Assembly: GCA_001781915.1 (NCBI GenBank)
Contig: MFMU01000003.1
Coordinates: forward strand, 1,188-57,968
DNA from: Candidatus Kaiserbacteria bacterium RIFOXYD1_FULL_47_14
GTDB taxonomy: Bacteria > Patescibacteriota > Minisyncoccia > Phycocordibacterales > Phycocordibacteraceae
DNA: 56,781 nt
Direction: 5' to 3'
Shown here piece after piece: positions 25,118-34,245 of the stretch (its first letter is position 1; each line of letters opens with the position of its first letter). A model generated the notes under the pieces. That model had not been told where the DNA came from. It did no database searches and saw nothing but the letters and a program-made list of their open reading frames with translations. The position numbers were made by a program, and so were the translations under genes.

Positions 25118-26584
25118 ATGGCGCGGGAATCACGACCGCCCATCATCGCGGTGATGGGCCATATAGATCACGGCAAGTCGTCGCTCTTGGACTACATTCG
25201 GAAATCGAATGTTGTCGCGGGCGAGGCAGGCGGAATTACACAGCATGTTTCTGCGTATATCGCGTTGCATAATGACCGCCCAGTCACCTTTCTTGATACG
25301 CCCGGCCACGAGGCCTTCGAGGCGATCCGCGCGCGCGGCGCAGCCGCCGCGGATATCGCCATTCTCGTTGTTGCGGCAGATGAAGGTGTGATGCCGCAGA
25401 CCACCGAGGCGCTCACAGCGATTAAAGATGCTGGCATCCCATTTGTTATTGCGATTACAAAGATAGACAAAAATAACGCAAACATCGAAAGAACGAAGAC
25501 CTCGCTCCTCGAACATGAAATCTTCCTCGAAGATATGGGCGGCGACATTTCCTATATGCCCGTGTCGTCGAAGACCGGCGAGGGAGTGTCCGAACTTCTT
25601 GATCTAGTATTACTCACCGCAGATCTCGCTGAGATTACTGCCGACCATTCGGCGAGTGCGACCGGCTTCGTCCTCGAATCAACACAAGATCCAAAGCGTG
25701 GTTCTTCTGCCACCCTTATCGTGAAGGACGGCACGCTCACGCTCGATGGATTCGTCGTCGCAGGCGACGCGTATGCTCCTATACGATTCATCGAGGATTT
25801 CCGCGGGAAGAGAGTCGAGCGCGCACTGCCATCAGAGCCGGCGCGCATCTCGGGATTCTCTTCCCTCCCGCCTTCTGGGGCGCTTTTCAGTATTGTAAAA
25901 AATAAAAAAGAAGCAGAGGTGCTCGCTATAGAACATAAAGCATTCTCTTGTGCGTCAGAAACTATCGCGACAGCTGAAGGCATTACCGAACTTCCGCTCG
26001 TCGTGAAGGCGGATGTCGCCGGCTCGGTTGACGCCGTCATTCATGAACTCGCTAAGATTACCCACGAACGCGCTGCGGTGCGTATCGTTTCTTCGGGCGT
26101 TGGTAGCGTATCAGAAAGCGATATTAAAACCGCCCACGCATCGCACGGCACTATCATCTCGTTTAATGTCGGGACTGATGCTATCGCTCGCGAACTTGCC
26201 GACCGCGATGCAGTCAGCATTCTATCTTTCTCGATTATCTACGAACTATCGGCGAAAGTAAAAGAACTCCTCGAAAAATGTGTGCCTGCTCTCGCAATCG
26301 AAAAAGAACTTGGCCGTGCGAAGGTATTGAAAACCTTTTCTTCAGACGCGAAGAAACAGGTTCTCGGTTTGCGCTATATGTCGGGAATTCTCACTGTCGG
26401 AAATCAAATAAAGATACTTCGACACGACACCCAGATAGCGTGCGGTTCTATAACTAATCTTCAGCAGGCGCGCGCCGATGTAAAAGAAATAAAAGTTGAA
26501 GGCGATTTCGGCGCTGAAGTTGAAGCAAAAGAAAACGCAACCTATGGCGATGAGCTCGTCGCATTCATCGTGACCGAAGTATGA
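25118..26584 (+). CDS. infB: Translation initiation factor IF-2 (short, lacks the N-terminal domain)
   Basis: RPPIIAVMGHIDHGKS, EAGGITQH, DTPGHEAF, TKID, KADVAGS. Confidence 0.95.
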   Translation: MARESRPPIIAVMGHIDHGKSSLLDYIRKSNVVAGEAGGITQHVSAYIALHNDRPVTFLDTPGHEAFEAIRARGAAAADIAILVVAADEGVMPQTTEALTAIKDAGIPFVIAITKIDKNNANIERTKTSLLEHEIFLEDMGGDISYMPVSSKTGEGVSELLDLVLLTADLAEITADHSASATGFVLESTQDPKRGSSATLIVKDGTLTLDGFVVAGDAYAPIRFIEDFRGKRVERALPSEPARISGFSSLPPSGALFSIVKNKKEAEVLAIEHKAFSCASETIATAEGITELPLVVKADVAGSVDAVIHELAKITHERAAVRIVSSGVGSVSESDIKTAHASHGTIISFNVGTDAIARELADRDAVSILSFSIIYELSAKVKELLEKCVPALAIEKELGRAKVLKTFSSDAKKQVLGLRYMSGILTVGNQIKILRHDTQIACGSITNLQQARADVKEIKVEGDFGAEVEAKENATYGDELVAFIVTEV

Positions 26585-26937
26585 TACCTCCTACTCGAAA
26601 GCCGGAACTGCGCAAACAAAGCAATCGTGCCGCCGAGATTGTCGCGCATGAAGCGGCGCAATTCATCGCACGCGAAGCAAGCAACGAATCACTTATCACC
26701 GTCATCCGCGCACAAAGCGTCGCCCACGGAGATCGTATGATGGTTTTCGTCAGCGTCTTCCCGGTCGAGAAAACGCGCGCCGCGCTCGCCTTCCTCGAGC
26801 ACCAGCGCGAAGCATTCTCGGATTATTTAAAAGTGCATGCGCGCCTTCGCCTTCCGCGCATCGACTTCCTTCCTGACAACGGCGAAGAGAGCGGCCAATT
26901 AGTAAACGAACTATCGAGAGGCCAGGGCGGGAATTGA
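26581..26937 (+). CDS. rbfA: Ribosome-binding factor A
   Basis: Position directly after infB; LITV, VFVSV and RLPRIDF..D motifs. Confidence 0.75.
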   Translation: MIPPTRKPELRKQSNRAAEIVAHEAAQFIAREASNESLITVIRAQSVAHGDRMMVFVSVFPVEKTRAALAFLEHQREAFSDYLKVHARLRLPRIDFLPDNGEESGQLVNELSRGQGGN

Positions 26938-26990
26938 ACCCGCGCATAGCGCTTTTGCAGAGCGCCGTGTTACCACTTCACCACCTGGCC
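26919..26990 (-). tRNA. tRNA-Cys(GCA)
   Basis: GGCCAGG...GCGCT CTGCAAA AGCGC...GTTCAATTC...CCTGGCC T. Confidence 0.92.
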
Positions 26991-27032
26991 CATAGTTAGA
27001 GAATAACAGAAATGTTACTATCATCAAAAGAT

Positions 27033-27122
27033 GCCGAGGTGGCGGAATAGGTAGACGCACAGGACTTAAAATCCTGAGAGGGCCTAAAAACCTTCATGTG
27101 GGTTCGATTCCCACCCTCGGTA
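27033..27122 (+). tRNA. tRNA-Leu(TAA)
   Basis: GCCGAGG TGGCGGAATAGGTAGACGCA CAGGA CTTAAAA TCCTG; long variable arm; GTTCGATTC. Confidence 0.93.
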
Positions 27123-27262
27123 CTAGAAAAATTTGTGGTCACAAATAATTCACTTGCCGTCGCAAGTGAATTTTCGCGACCCCGGCTCGCGGTTTTGCCT
27201 GCTGGCAAAACATCGCTGCGCCTCGCACAAGTAAAGAAACAGCATACTCTGTTTCTTTCATG

Positions 27263-27335
27263 TGCGCCCAGCAGGGCTCGGACCTGCGACCTTATCCTTA
27301 AGAGGGATCTGCTCTACCAACTGAGCTATGGGCGC
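27263..27335 (-). tRNA. tRNA-Lys(CTT)
   Basis: GCGCCCA TAGCTCAGTTGGTAGAGCA..ATCC CTCTTAA GGAT; atypical T-loop TCCGAGC. Confidence 0.85.
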
Positions 27336-27463
27336 TGAAGCGAGGATAAACAAATGTGAGTCCTATTACATTTGTTTACTCCGAGTGAAGCGCTCATATC
27401 GAGTCATCGAAGATATGGGCGCCTAAAGAAAAATATAGCAGAACATAGTATGATTTGAAAGTC

Positions 27464-27494
27464 GCCCTTCTGCGCGTAAAGCTTCGAAGGGCAC
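27464..27494 (+). repeat. 31-bp hairpin repeat just 5' of tRNA-Leu(TAG)
   Basis: gcccttctgcgcgtaaagcttcgaagggcac; copy of 12448-12478. Confidence 0.85.
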
Positions 27495-27495
27495 G

Positions 27496-27577
27496 GCTGG
27501 GATGGCGAAATTGGTAGACGCACGAGCCCTAGGAGCTCGCGGGGCAACCCATGGAGGTTCGAGTCCTCTTCCCAGCA
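27496..27577 (+). tRNA. tRNA-Leu(TAG)
   Basis: GCTGGGA...CGAGC CCTAGGA GCTCG, variable arm, GTTCGAGTC...TCCCAGC A; C at position 33. Confidence 0.88.
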
Positions 27578-27689
27578 CATCTTGACTTTATTATCGTTTC
27601 GTGCATTATAGGCACTAGATAAATAGGTGTTTGAAATCGTCAATAAATCAATCGAAACGCGCGAAAGCGCATAAAAAAGGAGCAAGGAA

Positions 27690-28793
27690 ATGGTAAAAAA
27701 ACCGTCTTTCTGGAAATTGGGGGCTGCTGTCTTTGGGATTCTTCTGGTTGTGATTGTGTTCTTGAACTTATTCACGGACTCAGTCGATATCTTCGGAGAG
27801 AAGCATGGTTTGGGAACGATAATGCTCTGCACTCTCTTGCTCTACACAGCGGCGAGTTTGCGCATTGTCGGTCCGAAAGAGCTGGGGTGTGTTCTGATCT
27901 TCGGCAGACCACTGAAGAATGTTTCTTCTGGTCTGGCCATTGTTCCGCTATGGATCTGCACACTGGTAACCGAAACGCGGCTCGTCATACAGGACGAACT
28001 TCCCGCGGAACCGGAAAAAATCTACCGTGGTAGCGAGGGGGATACTGAGGGTAGTACCGTGCCGCCGGAATTGCAAGCGCTCGGTATGAGACCGCCAATC
28101 AGGGTTACTTTCGCCGGTAGAAATGAGGCAAAAAATACAGCTCTTGGTCTGAACATCGATAAAGATGATCCATACGATAATCGCATGACCGAAGAAGTCG
28201 TGCCGGTGATTCGTTGGAAAATTGGTGACTTCAAAACTTTCTTGACAGTTATCGGTTCAGTCGATGAAGCAAGGAAACAGATGGAGGACACCTGCGTGAA
28301 GATGTTCACCGAAGAACTAACAAAGGTAAGCCCAGCAGTTGCTCTCCTCCGCATCAGCGAGTACAGCACCATTCTCCAGAATGCAATCGAAAAACTGGTG
28401 CGTGGCGACAATATCAATCCTGGTTGGGGTATTCATCTTGAGAGCGCCCAAATCAAGGCGATCAGATTTTCAAAGACGCTCAATGTCGCAGTTCAGAATG
28501 TTGTGGTACAAGAACGCCAAAAGAAAGCAAAAATCCTTGAAGGCCAAGGTCTCGGCGGGAGAGAACAAGCAATAATTGATGGTCGCACTGCGGGTCTACA
28601 AAAAATGATGACTGACCTGAAAGTGGAAGGTGAAGTTGTCCTTGGCGCTGAAACTGCTCGCGCTATTGCGGGAGAAGGCGACAAATCAAGTCAACGGACG
28701 ATCATTGCTGGTTCTGGCGGTTTCTCCGATCTGATCGGTGCGGCCGTAGCCATTGGTGAAAGTTTGAAAGCTAAAAAAGGAGGCGAGAAATGA
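27690..28793 (+). CDS. SPFH/band 7 domain membrane protein
   Basis: N-terminal TM helices; RIVGPKELG.VL.FGRP; WGIHLES.QIK.I; C-terminal coiled coil. Confidence 0.75.
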   Translation: MVKKPSFWKLGAAVFGILLVVIVFLNLFTDSVDIFGEKHGLGTIMLCTLLLYTAASLRIVGPKELGCVLIFGRPLKNVSSGLAIVPLWICTLVTETRLVIQDELPAEPEKIYRGSEGDTEGSTVPPELQALGMRPPIRVTFAGRNEAKNTALGLNIDKDDPYDNRMTEEVVPVIRWKIGDFKTFLTVIGSVDEARKQMEDTCVKMFTEELTKVSPAVALLRISEYSTILQNAIEKLVRGDNINPGWGIHLESAQIKAIRFSKTLNVAVQNVVVQERQKKAKILEGQGLGGREQAIIDGRTAGLQKMMTDLKVEGEVVLGAETARAIAGEGDKSSQRTIIAGSGGFSDLIGAAVAIGESLKAKKGGEK

Positions 28794-29524
28794 TCTTGTC
28801 ATGCATTTTTCTTGCCTTTCTAGTTGGCATCATTGTTTGGCGGATCATTCTGCCAAACATGAATCTCGCGCCAAAAGTCAAAGCTGGCAACGGAGTTTCT
28901 TCACCAACTGGTTCAACACTTCGTTCGATTATGGAAATAACGAAGGGAAATCTGTGGACCATTTTGTTTGCCATCGCCGCAGCGATTGTACTCTTCTTCG
29001 GTGTCTTCGGTTCTGCGCTAAAGACACCGAGCTTCTCAGAAGTTGGGGGCCTAGGCCATGCTAAATGGCTCTGGATCCTTATCCTCTGGGGGCTCGGTTA
29101 TGGGCTCATCGCGTTCAATACTAAAGGAACGGCAGCGAAAACGCTGCAGAACATTCTGACGACTGTGGCAATTTCGCTCTTGGTGCTTGGATTGTTCACG
29201 AGCCAATGTTCTGGCCCGCGCACGGTTCCCCCTCCCCCGCAAGCGAATACAACTACTATTCCGCTCGCGTATGAATCACGATTGTCCTGGCAATTGATTT
29301 TGCCGCCTGGCGGAAAATCGGAACTCATTCGAGTTTCGCCTGACATGCGCCTTACGGTAAATGGGCGTGGAGCCGACCTTCATACCGTCTACGAGGATGG
29401 CCACGAAAGTGTCATCCCCGTGGAATCAAATGGTTCAAACCCTGCGGGAAAGAAAGTCGGTTCCTATGTAACAAACCGGCTGCAGAAAACAAATGTCGTT
29501 TACTGCAGCATTACCCCAAATTGA
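28790..29524 (+). CDS. Hypothetical membrane protein (SPFH partner 1)
   Basis: About four TM helices plus a soluble C-terminal domain; paralog of 30621-31337. Confidence 0.7.
   Translation: MILSCIFLAFLVGIIVWRIILPNMNLAPKVKAGNGVSSPTGSTLRSIMEITKGNLWTILFAIAAAIVLFFGVFGSALKTPSFSEVGGLGHAKWLWILILWGLGYGLIAFNTKGTAAKTLQNILTTVAISLLVLGLFTSQCSGPRTVPPPPQANTTTIPLAYESRLSWQLILPPGGKSELIRVSPDMRLTVNGRGADLHTVYEDGHESVIPVESNGSNPAGKKVGSYVTNRLQKTNVVYCSITPN
29140..29229 (+). repeat. 90-bp exact direct repeat of 30944-31033
   Basis: aacgctgcagaacattctgacg...ggcccgcgcacggttcc is identical in both paralogs. Confidence 0.9.
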
Positions 29525-29545
29525 AGTTCTTTCTGTACAAAAAAG

Positions 29546-29579
29546 AAAAAGACCGCCCGGTTTACTTGGCGGTCTTTTT
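29546..29579 (+). terminator. Intrinsic terminator
   Basis: aaaaagaccgcc...ggcggtcttttt. Confidence 0.75.
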
Positions 29580-29665
29580 ATTTGACTTTTCTATAGTCTC
29601 CTGTACTGTCTCTACTAGAAAACAGTTCTTTCAATCAGACAGAAACTCAAAAAAGGAGAAGTGAA

Positions 29666-30619
29666 ATGAAAAAGATGTCACCAGAGATTGCTCGCATTAT
29701 TGGGATTGTTTCCGCAGTTGCACCACTACTGATTATTTCCGTGATTGGATGGATGCTCGGTTCATTTTTGGCAGGTTTCTATGCCAGTGCTGTGTGGATC
29801 GGTGTCTATCTCGCATGGAACATCGGCATCATCGGGCAACAGGACTGGCAAGTCATCGAACGCTTCGGGCAATTCTACGAAGTGAAACTTCATGGATTTC
29901 GGCTCTATTGTATGCTCGGTCTTGTCGACAAAATAAAAGCAAGAGGCAATCTTCTCGAACGCAAAAGAGCGCTCTTCGAAGGTCTCTCGACGAACAATAA
30001 ACCGAAAGAAATCGACTTCACCAATGGGTCGGCGCCGATCGAGGCCTATATGTGGTATAAGAACGGTCGCCCGAACGCGAACAACGACGAAGAAGTGAAG
30101 GAGGATATCATTGCCTACACTTACACGAACAAGGACCCAGAAGTTCGGGCTGTTCAGATCACCGAAGATCGGCTTCGACCGAAATTCCAAGAGATGGATA
30201 TCGACACGGCTTCAAAAATGCGCGCAGTCATCGTCAACGGAGCGAAAGACGATATCGCGAGAGAGTTAAAACCGTATGGTCTGTATTTCTCTAAAGAACC
30301 GCCGATTGTCATCACTGACATCGGACTTACCGAAGATGCGAAGAAATTCCGGCAGGAACGGTTTCGCGGTCAAACAACAGCGGACGAAATCGCGAACGAA
30401 GCCGATGGATATCGCAGAGCAGTTGAAGCGATTATGCGACGCAAGAATCCTGACGGAACAGAAACCGAGGTATGCGACTTCGAAACCGCGGCAAGAATTT
30501 GGCGAGAACAACAGACCCGAAAGATGTTCGAGAAAACAAGGTCGAATATCACCGTCATTGCTGAGTCCGCAACAGGCGTCGTCAAGACATTCGACATCAA
30601 TACGAAGAAAGGAGAATGA
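29666..30619 (+). CDS. SPFH/band 7 domain membrane protein
   Basis: TM helices, then IIGQQDWQVIERFGQF..V..HG; ITDIGL; coiled coil. Confidence 0.75.
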   Translation: MKKMSPEIARIIGIVSAVAPLLIISVIGWMLGSFLAGFYASAVWIGVYLAWNIGIIGQQDWQVIERFGQFYEVKLHGFRLYCMLGLVDKIKARGNLLERKRALFEGLSTNNKPKEIDFTNGSAPIEAYMWYKNGRPNANNDEEVKEDIIAYTYTNKDPEVRAVQITEDRLRPKFQEMDIDTASKMRAVIVNGAKDDIARELKPYGLYFSKEPPIVITDIGLTEDAKKFRQERFRGQTTADEIANEADGYRRAVEAIMRRKNPDGTETEVCDFETAARIWREQQTRKMFEKTRSNITVIAESATGVVKTFDINTKKGE

Positions 30620-30620
30620 A

Positions 30621-31337
30621 ATGCCCTTCATCTATGCAGTACTCATACTTCTCGCGGCCTTCTTTCTCATCATCGGCATCCGTATCTTTAACAGCACGAA
30701 GTTTGTAGGAACAGATGCTGGCATCGGAAAGATAATTTCATCGTTCACTCTGAAAGGAGTGTTCACGGTACTGTTCATCATCTCTGGCATAACGATCTTT
30801 TTCTGGAAACTCTATACTCCGGGACTGCAATCTTCACAAGTTGGAAGTTGGAGCTGGAACCGCTGGCCATGGATCCTCGTCTTATGGGGAATCGGATACG
30901 GACTCATCGCATTCAACGCGAAGACACTGGGGAAAGCGACTGGAACGCTGCAGAACATTCTGACGACTGTGGCAATTTCGCTCTTGGTGCTTGGATTGTT
31001 CACGAGCCAATGTTCTGGCCCGCGCACGGTTCCTGCCACACAAGCGAACACTACGAGCACAACTATTCCGCTCGCGAGTGCTCCGATTGCCGAATGGCCG
31101 ACATTGACCATACCGGCAGCTGGAAAGTTAGAACTCATTGCACCACCGCACGGAATGCATGTTATGGTATACGGGCATAATGCCAACTTGCATACTGTGT
31201 ACGCAGATGGGCATGAAAGCGTAATCCCTATTGAATCTGACGGATCAAATCCCGATGGTCCAGTAGTCAAAGAATATCTGACGAACAGGGTGAATGAGAT
31301 AAATATTGTCTCAGTCGCTTACTCAACAAAAAAATGA
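30621..31337 (+). CDS. Hypothetical membrane protein (SPFH partner 2); start re-called at 30621
   Basis: ATG follows aaggaga; MPFIYAVL...; paralog of 28790-29524. Confidence 0.7.
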   Translation: MPFIYAVLILLAAFFLIIGIRIFNSTKFVGTDAGIGKIISSFTLKGVFTVLFIISGITIFFWKLYTPGLQSSQVGSWSWNRWPWILVLWGIGYGLIAFNAKTLGKATGTLQNILTTVAISLLVLGLFTSQCSGPRTVPATQANTTSTTIPLASAPIAEWPTLTIPAAGKLELIAPPHGMHVMVYGHNANLHTVYADGHESVIPIESDGSNPDGPVVKEYLTNRVNEINIVSVAYSTKK

Positions 31338-31358
31338 AGTTCTTTTTGTTCTTAAAGT

Positions 31359-31392
31359 AAAAGACCGCCTAGTAAACTAGGAGGTCTTTTTT
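31359..31392. terminator. Bidirectional terminator
   Basis: aaaagaccgcctagt-aa-actaggaggtctttttt between convergent genes. Confidence 0.7.
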
Positions 31393-31405
31393 CTTTTTCT
31401 ATTCC

Positions 31406-31681
31406 CTATGATGGCGACAATATCTTCTGGATTGTCCCTAAATCGAACGCGCCCATTGCGACATTAATGATGCCGTATGCGCCGAAGATGATGACAAGAC
31501 CTATAAGACCCCAGAAGATTGCCATGCGGCCTTCCTCGCGTTTTGTTTTATCCCCTGCATTTGCAACAAACTCAAATACGCCCCATAGAAACACGACGAA
31601 TGCTACCGCAGACAAAAGCAAGATCAATGGATTGATAATCTGCGCGGTAACCTTTGCAACGAATGAGTAGAGAGCGGGCAT
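31406..31681 (-). CDS. VirB2/TrbC-like pilin
   Basis: IINPLI..AFVVFLWG.F.F......KREEGR..IFWGLIGL.II pattern. Confidence 0.75.
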   Translation of the reverse strand: MPALYSFVAKVTAQIINPLILLLSAVAFVVFLWGVFEFVANAGDKTKREEGRMAIFWGLIGLVIIFGAYGIINVAMGAFDLGTIQKILSPS

Positions 31682-31697
31682 TACTGATTACTAAGCG

Positions 31698-32066
31698 TTA
31701 TATGGTCTTTGCTGCCGGTGGAGTAACGGTGGCGTTGTTGAAGCTGACGGTGCCCGTAAGGACATTCACCAGACCCCAGACCGATACCATCACGAAGAAG
31801 CCGATAAGACCCCAGAGCATAAGGTTCTTGCTTTTTTCTTTCACCTCTTCATTATTGGCGCCAATGATAAAGGTCTCGAATGCGCCGTAGATGAAGACGA
31901 TGAATGCGAGAGAGAAGATAACCGGAACGATAATGTTGTTAATAGTATTGATAATGAACGAGCCGGCATCAGAAATATTATTGACCGAAGTAGCGGCAGC
32001 GAGAGAAACAAGCGGTAAAGCGAACACAGCAAGTGCTAAAGAAGTTTGGATAAAAGTTTTTTTCAT
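31698..32066 (-). CDS. VirB2/TrbC-like pilin with signal peptide
   Basis: MKK..ALPLVSLA; IVPVIFSLAFIVFIYG; KSKNLMLWGLIGFFVMVSVWGLV. Confidence 0.8.
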   Translation of the reverse strand: MKKTFIQTSLALAVFALPLVSLAAATSVNNISDAGSFIINTINNIIVPVIFSLAFIVFIYGAFETFIIGANNEEVKEKSKNLMLWGLIGFFVMVSVWGLVNVLTGTVSFNNATVTPPAAKTI

Positions 32067-32157
32067 AGGGCAAATAAGCGATTAATGTAGTAATTGTAGC
32101 TTTTCTGTCGCGATGGTCAATGCGCTTTTAAGCAGCGTGTGGATAATCTTGCCAAAG

Positions 32158-32631
32158 CTACCAATTAGCTTTACAAACCCCAGTGAGGTGACCACCCCCT
32201 AGTCCGTAACAAACACCAGAATTACACTGAGAGAGTTCCGTGCATTCGGCACCATTAGGCAAGTTTGTAAGTCCGGAAGCACCCGGTCGAGTAATGGAGG
32301 TGCTGCTGAAGCCAATCGTACCAGTCAGGACATTCACGAGTCCCCAGACCGATGCCATCACGAAGAAACCGATAAGACCCCAAAGCATAAGATTCTTGCC
32401 TTTTGTCTTCACCTCGTCCGAAGTAGCTCCAACGATGAAGGTCTCGAATGCGCCGTAGACGAAGACGATGAACGCAACCGCGAAGAGAATCGGAACGACG
32501 AGATTGTTAATAATACCGATAATGAATGAGCCGGCATCAAAAACATTACCGATCGTGGTGGCAGCAAAAGAAACCAGCGGCAGGGCGAGTGCAGCGAGCG
32601 TTAAAGAAGTAAGAGCAAGGGTCTTTTTCAT
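32158..32631 (-). CDS. VirB2/TrbC-like pilin with Cys-rich tail (start re-called)
   Basis: MKKTLAL..; KGKNLMLWGLIG; tail CTELSQCNSGVC..C. Confidence 0.8.
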   Translation of the reverse strand: MKKTLALTSLTLAALALPLVSFAATTIGNVFDAGSFIIGIINNLVVPILFAVAFIVFVYGAFETFIVGATSDEVKTKGKNLMLWGLIGFFVMASVWGLVNVLTGTIGFSSTSITRPGASGLTNLPNGAECTELSQCNSGVCYGLGGGHLTGVCKANW

Positions 32632-32722
32632 AAGGCAAATAAACGAATAATGTGGTAATTGTATTCCTTCTGCTGTATCGGTCAATACCCTTCTAGAAGG
32701 CGTGTGGATAGTCCTTTCATAA

Positions 32723-33505
32723 TCAATTAATCTGGACGCACTTACCTCCGTCGGTGTTGTCTGTGCAATAAGAATTGCATGTGTACTCAGCTAACTTAGA
32801 TGGATTATTGGCACTGTAATAATCAGATGCCTTGTAATCGCCACCATAAGATCCTGAACCTTCTTGGCAAACCCAGATATCGCCAGCACTACCATTATCT
32901 ACAACGCAAAAACCAGTCGCCGAACATTTGAGGACATCAGAATCGCAATGCTTACCCCAATTTAAAAAGGAAGCTGGACAACACTTGGCCCCTACTGAGT
33001 CACATGATGTATCAGGTTTTGCCGCGTCGCCAGTACCACCCACGCCACTACTGTCATTGTCAGTATTGCCACCAACATTGCCACCCGACATAGGAGATGG
33101 TCCTGAACTACCTCCCCCCCTGCCGATGGTTGGAGGCGTCGGCGCATTCGCGGCGCCAAGGCCGAGCGTACTCGTAAATATACTGACAATTCCCCAGATG
33201 GAAAAGATGATAACAAGGCCAATGATGCCGTAGAGCGCGAATGTCTTCCCTTTTTCGCGTTCTGTTTCATTATCGGCATCTCGAATGAAATATTTATAAA
33301 TGCCCCAGAGAAAGGTGGCGAATGCAAGCGCAATGAGCAAGGGAACGAGATACGAGTTGATGATATCGCTAATGCTCGTGTAGTAGCCCTCAATATATTT
33401 CGTGTCGATGCCAGTCGGAAAAACCTCAGCCGCGAATACCAAAAGCGGCGCGCTGAAAGATGCAAAAAGAACGAGAGGTGTGGCGAGGCGAAAGATTTTT
33501 TTCAT
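32723..33505 (-). CDS. VirB2/TrbC-like pilin with Gly/Ser linker and Cys-rich C-terminal domain
   Basis: LVPLLIALAF..FLWG; KGKTFALYGIIG; Cys-rich tail. Confidence 0.78.
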   Translation of the reverse strand: MKKIFRLATPLVLFASFSAPLLVFAAEVFPTGIDTKYIEGYYTSISDIINSYLVPLLIALAFATFLWGIYKYFIRDADNETEREKGKTFALYGIIGLVIIFSIWGIVSIFTSTLGLGAANAPTPPTIGRGGGSSGPSPMSGGNVGGNTDNDSSGVGGTGDAAKPDTSCDSVGAKCCPASFLNWGKHCDSDVLKCSATGFCVVDNGSAGDIWVCQEGSGSYGGDYKASDYYSANNPSKLAEYTCNSYCTDNTDGGKCVQIN

Positions 33506-33514
33506 AATATTTTA

Positions 33515-33952
33515 TTAGTCAGTTGGGTATGACACTGGCGAATACGGTGCAGAATAGCCCCAGAGGTCAAGGGTGTTCACGACAATATTCACCAGCCCCC
33601 AGACCGAAATCATAACCGCAAACCCTATAAGCCCCCAGAGCATAAGCTGGTGACCCTTGGTCACTGCTCCCTCATCGCCTTTCGAGAAGATATATGCTTG
33701 AGCTATGCCGTATAAGAAGACAATAAAAGCAACAGCGAAGAGTACCGGCACCAAGACGCCGTTGATGAGATAGATGACATACATACCCAAGCACTCGATG
33801 TATGTATATCCATCTTGTAAACAAGCGCCAAAAGTGCCCCCAGAATCACCCGAACCAAAGTTGACTAATACTTTTATTGCGGCGTCGGCAGACGCAAAAG
33901 CAGGCGTGAGAAATGCGACGAGAGCGAGAGCGGTGCGAGTGATTGATTTCAT
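33515..33952 (-). CDS. VirB2/TrbC-like pilin (start could be 33970)
   Basis: Signal peptide; LVPVLFAVAFIVFLYG; KGHQLMLWGLIG. Confidence 0.78.
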   Translation of the reverse strand: MKSITRTALALVAFLTPAFASADAAIKVLVNFGSGDSGGTFGACLQDGYTYIECLGMYVIYLINGVLVPVLFAVAFIVFLYGIAQAYIFSKGDEGAVTKGHQLMLWGLIGFAVMISVWGLVNIVVNTLDLWGYSAPYSPVSYPTD

Positions 33953-33971
33953 ATACGGTAAGTATGACACA

Positions 33972-34244
33972 TCACGCGGCGGGCGCGATGCCGAGCGTGG
34001 ATAACAATAAGTTTACGAACCCCCAGATCGAGAAGTATACGACCATGCCGAGAATGCCCCAGAAGATAAAATCACGGCCTTCTTTCAGTTTCTCTGTGTC
34101 CCCCTCGTTATTGATGAAGAAGTACTTCACAACGCCCCAGATGAAAACAAGAAATATAAGCGAACCGATGAGCGGTACGACAACGGTGTTGATAACACCG
34201 ATGATGCCTTCGGAACCACTGCCGACAAATTGGGCGAATGTCAT
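33972..34244 (-). CDS. VirB2/TrbC-like pilin (start re-called at MTFAQF)
   Basis: VVPLIGSLIFLVFIWG; EGRDFIFWGILG. Confidence 0.75.
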   Translation of the reverse strand: MTFAQFVGSGSEGIIGVINTVVVPLIGSLIFLVFIWGVVKYFFINNEGDTEKLKEGRDFIFWGILGMVVYFSIWGFVNLLLSTLGIAPAA

Positions 34245-34245
34245 A

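Noticed and set aside
27496..27577. Amber suppressor tRNA (CTA) suggested by the CCTAG loop
   Set aside because: The 5-bp stem CGAGC/GCTCG centres TAG in the 7-nt loop, the body is Leu-type, and TAG acts as a normal stop for genes in the window.
30276..30620. N-terminal 115 aa of the 353-aa ORF
   Set aside because: It overlaps the SPFH gene out of frame; the RBS and the paralog support a start at 30621.
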